From Actinomadura scrupuli (GTDB taxonomy: Bacteria; Actinomycetota; Actinomycetes; Streptosporangiales; Streptosporangiaceae): a stretch of 64,000 bases of DNA. Position numbers and translations under genes: made by a program. The notes beneath the pieces were generated by a model, which was not told the origin of the DNA, made no database searches, and saw only the letters and a program-made list of their open reading frames with translations. Shown piece after piece: positions 9,673 through 19,863 of this stretch. Each line of letters starts with the position of its first letter. Within the stretch, counting starts at the first letter, position 1. The stretch is from the NCBI RefSeq assembly GCF_050971785.1, contig NZ_JBPCCU010000012.1, forward strand, positions 58,049-122,048, read 5' to 3'.

Positions 9673-10440
9673 TCACCCCGAGCGCGCGCGGTCCTCCTCG
9701 ATCCGGCGTACGAGATGTTCCGCCAGGTCACTGATGTCGATCACCAGCCGCTGGACGCGGGTGCCGTCGGTATCGGTGAAGGTGCACCGCTTCGGCTCGA
9801 TCCAGATGTTCAGCCCACCACCCCGCGAGAGCGGGACGGTCACCAGGGACACGCCGCGCTCGTCCCGGTGGCCGACGCCCTCGGCTCCCCGCGCACTCAG
9901 CAGCGTGGCCAGGTGCCGGGCGGTACGGCCCGGCGGGGCGAACGATCCCGGGTCCGGCCAGGGGCCGGGCAGCCCGAAGGCGCTCCAGACCACTTTGCCG
10001 GGCTCCCGGCGCGGGCTCAGCCGGGCTCGGGACAGATGCGTGCCCCAGGCCTGCGCGACGGCGGCGACTATCCCGATCCCCTTGCCGTGCTCGTCCAGCA
10101 GTTCACCGTCGCCCACCCCGGGCCACTGATCGCGACCGGTGTCGAACACCGCCACCACCAGCTGCGGCGTCGGCGCGGTACGGGCCCAGACCCACAACTC
10201 GGCCGGGACCACCGGCTCGTACGATTCCGTACGCGTGCCGTGCAGCAGCGCGTTGGTCGCCTGCTCGCTGACGGCCAGAACCGCGGCGTCGATGAGCTCG
10301 GCGTCGAGGCCCAGCGTGGTCATGGTGGTACGAATCAGGGACCGGCTCGCCTGCGCGCAGCTCGGGTCCGGCGGCAGTTGCCAGGAGCAGACGCCGCCGG
10401 CGGCGATATCAGCAGCCTTACCAGTCACCATCCACCCCAT
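9673..10440 (-). CDS. HATPase_c (GHKL) ATP-binding protein, anti-sigma-factor/RsbW-like, of the XRE-DUF397-ATPase cassette
   Basis: 255 aa with an N-terminal GHKL-like region (EQATNALLHG...DEHGKGIGIV). It lies divergent to an XRE/DUF397 remnant, the typical Streptomyces WhiJ-type triad arrangement. Confidence 0.6.
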   Translation of the reverse strand: MGWMVTGKAADIAAGGVCSWQLPPDPSCAQASRSLIRTTMTTLGLDAELIDAAVLAVSEQATNALLHGTRTESYEPVVPAELWVWARTAPTPQLVVAVFDTGRDQWPGVGDGELLDEHGKGIGIVAAVAQAWGTHLSRARLSPRREPGKVVWSAFGLPGPWPDPGSFAPPGRTARHLATLLSARGAEGVGHRDERGVSLVTVPLSRGGGLNIWIEPKRCTFTDTDGTRVQRLVIDISDLAEHLVRRIEEDRARSG

Positions 10441-10703
10441 TGTGACCCGCTCCCCAGAACCAATGAATTCCGTTGTTCCAGGTCACAGCCTGCATTGGTG
10501 ACTTAGAGTTTCCATTGACTACAGAGCGATTAGAGACACCGACGATCGCGAGGCACCCCCCGTGAAGCTCAGAGAGTCCCGGATCCACGAGCGTCGATCT
10601 GGAACCTTATCGCCGTCCACCTGCACTCACTCCGGGTGAAGCGTGGATTCTCCTGCGCCCGGGTAGGCGAGATCACAAACGCCGCCCGGCAGACTGTCTC
10701 TCA

Positions 10704-11164
10704 TTGGGAGGCGGGCCGACACCGGACTACGCGCGAGCGTTGTTCCGGTCGGCCGGATCGACAGATGTCGAGAGGCAGGTCGCCAAGCGAATGGAGCGCC
10801 AGCGCATCCTGACGAAAGACGATCCACCCTTGATCTGGGTCCTGCTCGCCGAGTCGGCCCTCGAATGGCGGGTGGGCGGCCCTGATGTCCAGCGAGAACA
10901 ACTTCTCCGGCTGCTGGAGCTCTCCGAACTTCCGAACATCGCCCTGCGAGTGGTCCCCAAGACAATGGGCGCCCACCTGGGGCTCACCGGATCCTTCAAA
11001 ATCATGAAAGTGCCGGACTCGATGACACCGACTGCGTGGAAGTGGCCCACGTCCTGGGGAACATCGGCATCCGCGACAGCAAGAACCCCGGTCTCGGACA
11101 CCTCACCCTCCGGCCCGACCGCTTCTCGGCACTCCTCCACAGGATCAAGAACGACCACCTGTAA
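10704..11164 (+). pseudogene. decayed XRE-family (DUF5753/Scr1-type) regulator fragment frame-fused to a C-terminal DUF397 fragment
   Basis: The 10704 frame encodes only the middle of a DUF5753 regulator (LIWVLLAESALEWRVGGPDVQREQLLRLLELSELPNIALRVVPKTMGAHLGLTGSFKIM) and lacks the N-terminal HTH. A +1 frame from about 11000 reads ...DDTDCVEVAHVLGNIGIRDSKNPGLGHLTLRPDRFSALLHRIKNDHL*, the DUF397 C-terminal half, with no start codon. Confidence 0.5.
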
Positions 11165-11637
11165 GGCGGGCCAGCTGAACGCCCACCCATGGCCGGGACC
11201 TCCACGGCCGCGGTAAAACGGATCACTACCTTCTGGAGCAGCGGCGCCAGGCCCGTTCCTGTAGCGCGAGGTCTGTAGCGCGAGACCCGTAGGGCCGGTC
11301 ACGTCTTCCCGCGCATTTGCCCTGACCACTGATACGCGGCCTCGGGTCGTCGGGCTGTGCACAGGCCGCGCGGGAGTGGTCAGGGCAAAGCAAAGCGAGA
11401 AGCATCCACCACGGCCCAGTTCTGGACAGCCCCGCCTTGGCCGTGAACGGCACGGCCCGCCCAGGCCATGGCCCTCGCGCTCCGCACTGGCCATGAGTCG
11501 CGGTCCTGCCCTGGACAGCCCCGCCCTGGCCGTGATCGGTGTTGTGGCGGGCCCGACCAGGTACTCAGGCGGGATGAGTCGCCGGTCGAGTACGGCTACT
11601 CAGGCGCCGGCGGTTCCGCCCTGCGAGGGTCGGGACA

Positions 11638-11933
11638 TGAGCACCTCTCCCCAGGTTCAGCCGAAGAGCACCACCGCGTTCTTCGTACAGGCGGTCATCT
11701 CGTTCGCCATCTCCAGCTTCGCCGTCGCCATCGGCGTCATCTACCTCCCGGTCAACGTCTGGGTGCGGGCCTTCCTCGCCCTGGGTCTCCTCTACGTCAT
11801 CACCTCAACGTTCACCCTCGCCAAGTGCGTCCGCGACAAGCAGGAGAGTGACGCGGTCGTCAGCCGGGTCGACAAGGCCCGGCTGGACAAGCTGCTCGCC
11901 GAGCACGACCCCTTCCGGGTGGAGGGCATCTGA
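11638..11933 (+). CDS. YiaA/B two-helix domain membrane protein
   Basis: 98 aa from ATG 11638 (MSTSPQVQPKSTTAFFVQAVISFAISSFAVAIGVIYLP...LGLLYVITSTFTLAKCVRDKQE). Two TM helices and the YiaAB pattern. Confidence 0.65.
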
Positions 11934-12214
11934 CCAGCAGACCCGGAGACCCAGAGACCCGAGCTACGGTCGCCGGAAAATGCGTCGACGTCTGCGCGCC
12001 CGATCCGTACCATCTGAGCCATGTTCACCGCGGCCGGCATCCTCTCGCTCGCAGAGCTCGCAGCTCTGCCGGGCGCGGTGCCGGCTGCCGTCTCGGCAGC
12101 AGCACCCGCCGGCGGCCTGCGACTCTGACCCTCCTCCGTCCCGCCTTCGAGAACCCACGGAGGAGGGTGGTCGGCATTTCGGTTCTCCCGCAGGAAACGT
12201 AGCGAGGAGACATC

Positions 12215-13396
<1,182 letters not shown>

Positions 13397-13403
13397 GGGC
13401 CGC

Positions 13404-13481
13404 CCCCCACCGGCCCGACAACCTCCGTGATCATGCAATCAACCGACGAACGATTGCATGATCACGGAGGGGTGGGTGGGG
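13404..13481. repeat. palindromic element copy A (19-bp perfect stem, 11-nt loop, flanked by CCCCACC/GGTGGGG outer arms)
   Basis: CCTCCGTGATCATGCAATC (13422-13440), loop AACCGACGAAC, GATTGCATGATCACGGAGG (13452-13470). A near-identical copy lies at 33077-33125. Confidence 0.6.
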
Positions 13482-13663
13482 TCTACACCTTGTCCCGGGG
13501 GCGGTAAACCTGCCAGGGCTCGTTGACCACATGGGGTCAGTCACCTATCTTCCGCCGCGAACCTGAGTCACATTCACGTTCGTACATCGTGTTCGTACCG
13601 GGTCACGAAGTTCGCCTCCGGGCCGGCGCGGATCACGGTCAGACGCGGTCGCGGGAGACGTGA

Positions 13664-16600
13664 ATGCGGTGGATGTGCGCTGTGATGGCCGCCTTTCTCG
13701 TGATGTGCGGCCCGGTCGCCGCCGCTCGGGCCGGGTTCCCCCAGGGCCCGCCCAACGACCCGTCGTACGCCCCGGCCGAAGCCCCGGGTGAGTGCCGCAA
13801 CGTGCCCGACGGGGAACAGCACAATCTCTACTCGTTCATGCCGCGCTGCACTCCGGGCGCCAGGGACCCGGAGAACGCCTCGGGCATGTCGGTGGACACC
13901 GCCTGGCGCGACTACACCACCGGCTCACCCGACGTGGTGATCGCCTATGTCGAGGGCGGCATCAACTGGCACAACGGCGACGCCGCCGAACTGGCCGACA
14001 AGGTCTATCTCAACACCGGAGAGCTGCCCAGGCCGGCGGGCTCGGCCGGGTACGACCGTGACGGCGACGGGGCGGTCACCGCGGCCGACTACGCCGCCGA
14101 CCCCAAGGTGCGCGACGCCAACGGCAACGGCCGGATCGATCCGGAGGACCTGATCGTCGCGTTCTCCGACGGCACCGACGGCGACCACAACGGGTTCACC
14201 GACGACGTCGCGGGCTGGGACTTCTACGAGGGCCAGAACGACCCGGCCACCTACGACGCGACCTACGGCCACGCCAACGGGCAGATGAAGACGCTGGCGG
14301 CGCAGACCGACAACGGCGTCGGCGGTGCGGGGATCTGCCCCGAGTGCCGGATCCTGCCGATCCGGGCGGGCCAGGAGGCGCTCGACCGCACCGACGACCT
14401 CGCCCAGGCCTGGCTGTACGCGGCGCACATGGGCGCCAAGGTCATCGTCAGCACCACCGCGGACCTGGGGTACTCCTCGTACGCGCGCCAGGTCGTGGAG
14501 AAGCTGTGGCACGACGGTGTGGTCATCGTCGAGTCCAGCAACGACTTCGACTCCACCGACCACCAGGGCGGCATGTACTGGCCGCATGTGATCCCCGGCA
14601 ACGGGGTCGTCGCCAACACGGTCGGCGTGCCCGCGCCGCTGGCCAACACGCTGACCACGACCTTCCGGACCCGGTCCGACCTGACCTCGTACGGCGCGAA
14701 GGCGATGTTCTCGGTGGCCACGACCGGCGGCTCCACCTCCGAGTCGACCCCCACGACCGGCGGCGTCTTCGGGCTGCTGATGTCGTACGGCCTGAAGACC
14801 GGCCCGGGGACGGGCCTGAAGACCGGCGGACCGCTGACCAACGCCGAGGCCGTACAGGTGCTGCGCGCCACCGCGAGCGACATCGACGACCCGTCGCTGC
14901 CCTGGCCGGGCAAGCCGGGCTGGGACCGACAGTACGGCTACGGACGACCCAACGTCACCAAGGCGCTGCGGGCGATCTCGCGGGGCGACGTGCCGCCGGT
15001 CGGCTGGATCTCCAGCCCCGACTGGTACGCCCTGTACGACCCGACCCGTACCTCCTCGGTCGAGGTCACCGGGCATGTCGCCGCGCCGCGCTCGCCCGGC
15101 TACCGCTACGAGCTCCAGTGGGCACCGGGCATCGAGCCCGCCGACTCCGACTTCCGCACGGGCGGCTCGGGCACCGGCACCTCGGCGTACGACGGCCGGA
15201 TCGGCACGCTGGACCTGACGAAGGTGCCGCGCTCGGTGTGGGCCGCGCAGTACACCCAGTCGAAGGACAAGGCGCTGTCGGCCAGCGAGCAGTACACCGT
15301 GACGCTGCGGCTGCGAGTCTGGGACAAGGCCGGGCGCATGGGCGAGGAGCGCCGCGCCATCGCCGTCCACCACGACCCGTCGTGGCGGGCGGGCTTCCCG
15401 ATCAGGACGGGGACCAGCGGAGAGAGCCAGCCGGCGCTGGCCGACCTGCAGGGCACCGGCCGGCAGGCGCTGGTCTACGGCGACGCGGACGGACGGGTGC
15501 ACGCCCGTGACGCGGTGAGCGGCGCGGAGCTGCCGGGCTGGCCGGTGACCACCCGGCCGACCGTTCCCCAGCGCGCCTACCCCGGCATCGACCCCGGTCA
15601 CGAGCCGGTGCTGGCGCCGGTGGCGATCGGCGACCTCACCCACCAGGGCAGGCTCGCGGTGGTCGTCACCAGCACGACGGGCCGCACCTACGCCTTCGAC
15701 GCCGGCGGCAAGGCACTGTCCGGCTGGCCGAAGACGCTCGACACCGGCGTGACGAGACCACCGATCCCCCGGCCCGCGCTCGACTACACCCGGCTGCCCG
15801 CCCGGGGCGCGACCGCCGCTCCGGTGCTCGTCGACCTCGACGGCGACCACCGGCTCGACGTGGTCCAGGCGGGCTGGGACGGACGCCTGCACGCCTGGCG
15901 GCCGGACGGGTCGGACCTGCCCGGCTGGCCGGTCAAGGTGAGCATCGACGCGGCGCCGGCCGCCGGGTATGTGAAGATCAACGACCAGAAGCTGGACGCC
16001 ACCCCCGCGGTGGCGGACCTGGACGGCGACGGCAAGCCGGAGATCGTCGTCCGCTCGCAGTACTCCGAGAGCAAGGGCGGCGGGGAACAGTTCTACGGCG
16101 CCAACCACGCCTTCGCCTACCACGCCGACGGCAGCCCCGTCGCGGGCTGGCCGGTGCGCATGTCGTCGATCATGACGTTCTACGGCAGTGCCCAGGAGTT
16201 CGTCACCGAGGCGGTCAACCAGCCGGTGGTGGCCGATGTGGACGGCGACGGCAAGGACGAGGTGGCCACCGGTCCGTCGTTCGCGCCGACCTACCTCATC
16301 TCCGGTACCGGCAGGATCCTCAAGAACTACGGGCCGCTGGAGAACCCGGCGGCCGGCCTGTCACCGAAGGCCGTCCTCAACGGCAACCTGCCGGTGGACA
16401 TCCCGGCGTCCTTCACCACCACCGGCGCCTTCGGGCGCTTCGGGCTGTTCGGGCGGCTGGGCTACACCGAGGCGGGCTCGGGCGGCGTCTCGCTGGCGGC
16501 CGCCCTGCTCTTCCCCGGCAGCGGGGTCGGGGTCGGCAACTACGAGCGCGGCTACGACGCGGCCACCTCGCTGCCCGTGCCGGGATTCCCGAAGGCGCGG

Positions 16601-17176
16601 ACCGGCCTGGGCTTCCTCGGCGCGCCGGTGGTCGCCGACGTCACCGGCGACGGAAAGGCCGAGGTCATCGACGGCGGGGACACCTCCACCCTGCACGCCT
16701 TCTCCCCCGGCGGCTCCGCCACCGGCACCACGGTGCACTTCACCGGCGGCTGGACGATCTGGTCCCCCACGACCGGCGACCTCGACGCGGACGGCAGGAC
16801 CGACCTGGTGACCATGACCCGGGAGGGCTATCTGTTCGCGTGGTCCACCCCGGGCACGGCGGCGTCCAACACCGAATGGTGGACCTACCACCACGACGAG
16901 TGGCGCACCGGGCGCTACGGGCTGGACACCCGCCCGCCCGGCGTCCTGCGCCGTCCGGCCCGCCAGGGGACGGCGCTGACCTTCACCGCCCCGGGTGACG
17001 ACTGGTACGCCGGCCGGGTCACCTCCTACCTGGTGACGGCCGGCGGCCGTACGACCACCGTCCCCGCCACCGTCCCCGCCGGCTCCGTCCAGACCCTGCC
17101 GGTGCCCGCCGGAGCCGTGACCGTGCAGGCCGTCGACGACGGCGGCAACCTGAGCCCGGCCCTGGCGGTGCCCTGA
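13664..17176 (+). CDS. secreted S8 (subtilisin)-like peptidase domain protein with C-terminal FG-GAP/VCBS-type repeats
   Basis: 1170 aa with signal peptide MRWMCAVMAAFLVMCGPVAAARA. S8-like His region (YGHANGQM...GVGGAGICPECRILPIRAG) and Ser region (GGSTSESTPTTGG). More than 6 FG-GAP-like Ca-binding repeats (ADLDGDGKPEIV, VDLDGDHRLDVV, VADVDGDGKDEVATG, TGDLDADGRTDLV). Confidence 0.55.
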   Translation: MRWMCAVMAAFLVMCGPVAAARAGFPQGPPNDPSYAPAEAPGECRNVPDGEQHNLYSFMPRCTPGARDPENASGMSVDTAWRDYTTGSPDVVIAYVEGGINWHNGDAAELADKVYLNTGELPRPAGSAGYDRDGDGAVTAADYAADPKVRDANGNGRIDPEDLIVAFSDGTDGDHNGFTDDVAGWDFYEGQNDPATYDATYGHANGQMKTLAAQTDNGVGGAGICPECRILPIRAGQEALDRTDDLAQAWLYAAHMGAKVIVSTTADLGYSSYARQVVEKLWHDGVVIVESSNDFDSTDHQGGMYWPHVIPGNGVVANTVGVPAPLANTLTTTFRTRSDLTSYGAKAMFSVATTGGSTSESTPTTGGVFGLLMSYGLKTGPGTGLKTGGPLTNAEAVQVLRATASDIDDPSLPWPGKPGWDRQYGYGRPNVTKALRAISRGDVPPVGWISSPDWYALYDPTRTSSVEVTGHVAAPRSPGYRYELQWAPGIEPADSDFRTGGSGTGTSAYDGRIGTLDLTKVPRSVWAAQYTQSKDKALSASEQYTVTLRLRVWDKAGRMGEERRAIAVHHDPSWRAGFPIRTGTSGESQPALADLQGTGRQALVYGDADGRVHARDAVSGAELPGWPVTTRPTVPQRAYPGIDPGHEPVLAPVAIGDLTHQGRLAVVVTSTTGRTYAFDAGGKALSGWPKTLDTGVTRPPIPRPALDYTRLPARGATAAPVLVDLDGDHRLDVVQAGWDGRLHAWRPDGSDLPGWPVKVSIDAAPAAGYVKINDQKLDATPAVADLDGDGKPEIVVRSQYSESKGGGEQFYGANHAFAYHADGSPVAGWPVRMSSIMTFYGSAQEFVTEAVNQPVVADVDGDGKDEVATGPSFAPTYLISGTGRILKNYGPLENPAAGLSPKAVLNGNLPVDIPASFTTTGAFGRFGLFGRLGYTEAGSGGVSLAAALLFPGSGVGVGNYERGYDAATSLPVPGFPKARTGLGFLGAPVVADVTGDGKAEVIDGGDTSTLHAFSPGGSATGTTVHFTGGWTIWSPTTGDLDADGRTDLVTMTREGYLFAWSTPGTAASNTEWWTYHHDEWRTGRYGLDTRPPGVLRRPARQGTALTFTAPGDDWYAGRVTSYLVTAGGRTTTVPATVPAGSVQTLPVPAGAVTVQAVDDGGNLSPALAVP

Positions 17177-17216
17177 GGCGTGCGCCGCCGAAATGTTCGC
17201 CCCGAGATGTCCGCCC

Positions 17217-18845
17217 CTACGACTCCTCCGGCACCATCGTGATCGCACCGCTCGGGCACTCGGCGACGCAGAGCCCGCAACCCTTGCAGTAGTCGTAGTC
17301 GATCTCGAAACCCTTGCCCGCACCCAACTTGATCACGGCGTTGTCGGGGCAGACCCCGAAGCAGTTGTCGCACTCGAAGCAGTTGCCGCAGGAGAGGCAG
17401 CGGCGGGCCTCGAAGAGCGCGTTCGACTCGTCGAGGCCGCCCCGTACCTCGTCGAAGGTCGAGCCACGGCGGGCCAGGTCCAGCCGGGGGCGTTCGGTGG
17501 CGGGCGCGTCGGCGTAGTACCAGGTGTTGAGCAGGTCGAACCTGGCGGGTTCGGCCGGCTCGCCCTCCTCGTACGTCACCGAGCGCAGCCACGCGTCGAT
17601 CCGGTGGGCCGCCCTCCTGCCGTGTCCGACCGCGACCGTGACGGTGCGTTCCGCGGGCACCATGTCACCGCCGGCGAAGATGCCGGGATGACCCGTCATG
17701 AGGTCGTCGCCGACCCGCACCGTGCCGCCGGCCCGCTGCACTCCGGGAATCCCGTCCAGCAGGGACAGGTCCGCCTCCTGGCCGAGCGCGAGCACCACCG
17801 AGTCGGCCGGCAGTTCCTCGAACTCCCCGGTGGGCTGCGGGAACCCCGAGTCGTCCAGCCGCATCTTCTCGATGGTGATCCGGTCGCCGTCCGCGTGCGC
17901 GATGGTGGACAGCCACTTCATCCGCACGCCCTCCTCCACCGCCTCCTCCACCTCGAAGTCGTGTGCGGGCATGCGCTCGCGGGTCCGGCGGTAGACGACG
18001 ACCGCGTCGGTGGCGCCGAGCCTGCGGGCGGTGCGCGCGGCGTCCATGGCGGTGTTCCCGCCGCCGTACACCACGACGTGCCGGCCCAGCAGCGGCGGTT
18101 CCTCGCCCTCCATGCTGCGCAGCATGGAGACCGCGTCCAGGACTCGGGCACAGTCACCGGCCGGTATGTAGGCGCGCTTGCCGATCTGCGCGCCGACCGC
18201 GAGGAAGACCGCGTCGAAGCCGCCGTCGCGCATCTCGGCGAGCAGGTCGGTCACCTTCCGGCCCATTTCCAGGCGCACGCCCATGTCGGCGATGCGCCGC
18301 ACCTCGGCGTCCAGGACCTCACGTGGCAGCCGGTAGCGCGGGATACCGAAGCGCATCATGCCACCGGGAGCCGTACCGGCGTCGGCGACCGTGACCGCGT
18401 GGCCCAGGCGGGTGAGGTGGTAGGCGGCGGACAGCCCGGCGGGACCGGCGCCGACCACCAGCACGCGTTTGCCCGAGGGCTCGGCCTCGACCGGCATGGT
18501 CCAGCCGCGCCGGATCGCCTCGTCGCCGAGGAAGGCCTCGACGGAGTTGATCCCCACGGCCGCGTCGAGCCGCGCCCGGTTGCAGGCCGTCTCGCACGGG
18601 TGGTAGCAGACCCGGCCCATCACCGCGGGAAACGGGTTGTCGACCATGATCCGCCGCCACGCGTCCTCGTACGACCCGTCCTCGGCGTGGAACAGCCACT
18701 GCTGGATGTTCTCCCCGGCGGGGCAGGCGCTGTTGCACGGCGGAAGCCGGTCCTGGTAGACGGGGCGTTCTGTCCGCCAGGCCCCGGTCTTGTTGGCCAG
18801 GCTCGACCCGACGTCGAGCGTGATCGCGAACGGCTTGTCCTTCAT
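17217..18845 (-). CDS. GltD-like NAD(P)H/FAD oxidoreductase fused to a C-terminal 2x[4Fe-4S] ferredoxin (PorD-like) domain
   Basis: 542 aa. N-terminal Cys motif and GltD-type dinucleotide folds (VLVVGAGPAGLSAA, VVVYGGGNTAMD). C-terminal CLSCGNCFECDNCFGVCP...CKGCGLCVAECP. Stop/start overlap with porB (ATGA at 18842-18845). Confidence 0.75.
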   Translation of the reverse strand: MKDKPFAITLDVGSSLANKTGAWRTERPVYQDRLPPCNSACPAGENIQQWLFHAEDGSYEDAWRRIMVDNPFPAVMGRVCYHPCETACNRARLDAAVGINSVEAFLGDEAIRRGWTMPVEAEPSGKRVLVVGAGPAGLSAAYHLTRLGHAVTVADAGTAPGGMMRFGIPRYRLPREVLDAEVRRIADMGVRLEMGRKVTDLLAEMRDGGFDAVFLAVGAQIGKRAYIPAGDCARVLDAVSMLRSMEGEEPPLLGRHVVVYGGGNTAMDAARTARRLGATDAVVVYRRTRERMPAHDFEVEEAVEEGVRMKWLSTIAHADGDRITIEKMRLDDSGFPQPTGEFEELPADSVVLALGQEADLSLLDGIPGVQRAGGTVRVGDDLMTGHPGIFAGGDMVPAERTVTVAVGHGRRAAHRIDAWLRSVTYEEGEPAEPARFDLLNTWYYADAPATERPRLDLARRGSTFDEVRGGLDESNALFEARRCLSCGNCFECDNCFGVCPDNAVIKLGAGKGFEIDYDYCKGCGLCVAECPSGAITMVPEES

Positions 18846-19858
18846 CGGGACTCCTCCTCGGCGGATCCGGGATCGAGGAGCCCGAACCGGCGGATGTTAC
18901 GGTCGGCCATCGCCTGGATCCGCGCGATGACGTCGGTACGGGGCGGGTCGCCGAACAGGTGGGCATATCGTCCCTGCAGCTTCAGATACTCCTCGACGGC
19001 CACCCTGCGGCGGATCTTGGAGGCGCCCACCACCTCTCCGTGCTCGGCCTCGAAGACCGGGAACAGCCCGGACTCCTTGGCCAGCCGGGCCACCCGGATC
19101 GTGTCGCAGGACGCGCTGCCCCAGCCGAGCGGGCAGGGCACGAGGACGTGCAGGTAGCGCGCGCCCCGGAACTCCATGGCGCGCCGCACCTTGTACTCCA
19201 GGTCACGCAGGTCGGCGACGGTGGCGGTGGCCACGTAGGGGATCTCGTGCGCCATGGCGATCAGCGGCACGTTCTTGCCCTGCCCGAAGACGTTGCCGGG
19301 CTCCGCGCCGACCGCCTGCGTCGTCATGGTGCGGGCGGCGGGCGGCGTCGAACCGGAGCGCTGAACCCCGGTGTTCATGTACGCCTCGTTGTCGTAGCAG
19401 ATGTACAGGACGTCGTCGTCGCGCTCGAACATGCCGGACAGGCAGGCGAAGCCGATGTCGACCGTGCCACCGTCGCCGCCCTGGGCGACCACCCGCACGT
19501 CGGTACGGCCCTTGACCTTCATCGCCGCGGCGACGCCGGAGGCCACCGCCGGCGCGTTGCCGAACAGCGAGTGGAGCCAGGGCACCTGCCAGGACGTCTC
19601 CGGGAAGGGGGTGGAGAACACCTCCAGGCAGCCGGTCGCGTTGACGGCCACCATCCGGTTGCCGGTCGCGCGCATCGCCGCGTCCAGCGCGTAGCGGGCG
19701 CCGAGCGCCTCACCACACCCCTGGCAGGCACGGTGCCCGGAGTTGAGCGAGTTCGTCCGCTCCATGTCCGCCTGAACGGACCGCCGGCCGGGTTCCAGCA
19801 GGCGGTTCCCGACCACGAAACTGCCGGTCTGGTAGAACCTGATGGGCTGTACTGGCAT
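18842..19858 (-). CDS. porB: pyruvate/2-oxoacid:ferredoxin oxidoreductase beta subunit (TPP-binding)
   Basis: Start MPVQPIRFYQ at 19856-19858. Cys motif CQGCGEAL and TPP-binding region GGDGGTVDIGFACLSG...CYDNEAYMNTG. The listed ORF to 20632 is an upstream artefact. Confidence 0.8.
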   Translation of the reverse strand: MPVQPIRFYQTGSFVVGNRLLEPGRRSVQADMERTNSLNSGHRACQGCGEALGARYALDAAMRATGNRMVAVNATGCLEVFSTPFPETSWQVPWLHSLFGNAPAVASGVAAAMKVKGRTDVRVVAQGGDGGTVDIGFACLSGMFERDDDVLYICYDNEAYMNTGVQRSGSTPPAARTMTTQAVGAEPGNVFGQGKNVPLIAMAHEIPYVATATVADLRDLEYKVRRAMEFRGARYLHVLVPCPLGWGSASCDTIRVARLAKESGLFPVFEAEHGEVVGASKIRRRVAVEEYLKLQGRYAHLFGDPPRTDVIARIQAMADRNIRRFGLLDPGSAEEESR

Positions 19859-19863
19859 CTGTC

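Noticed and set aside
9386-10129. 247-aa plus-strand ORF between the PQQ dehydrogenase and HATPase genes
   Set aside because: It overlaps the HATPase gene in antisense and is Arg/Pro-rich. The 9339-9672 gap appears genuinely non-coding.
11258-11284. Tandem CTGTAGCGCGAG repeat as a possible CRISPR or minisatellite
   Set aside because: Only two copies with a 2-nt spacer, and no cas genes. Not a CRISPR array.
13925-17323. 732-aa and 320-aa minus-strand ORFs within the S8/FG-GAP gene
   Set aside because: They are antisense to a gene with a signal peptide and repeated FG-GAP motifs, and have no motifs of their own.
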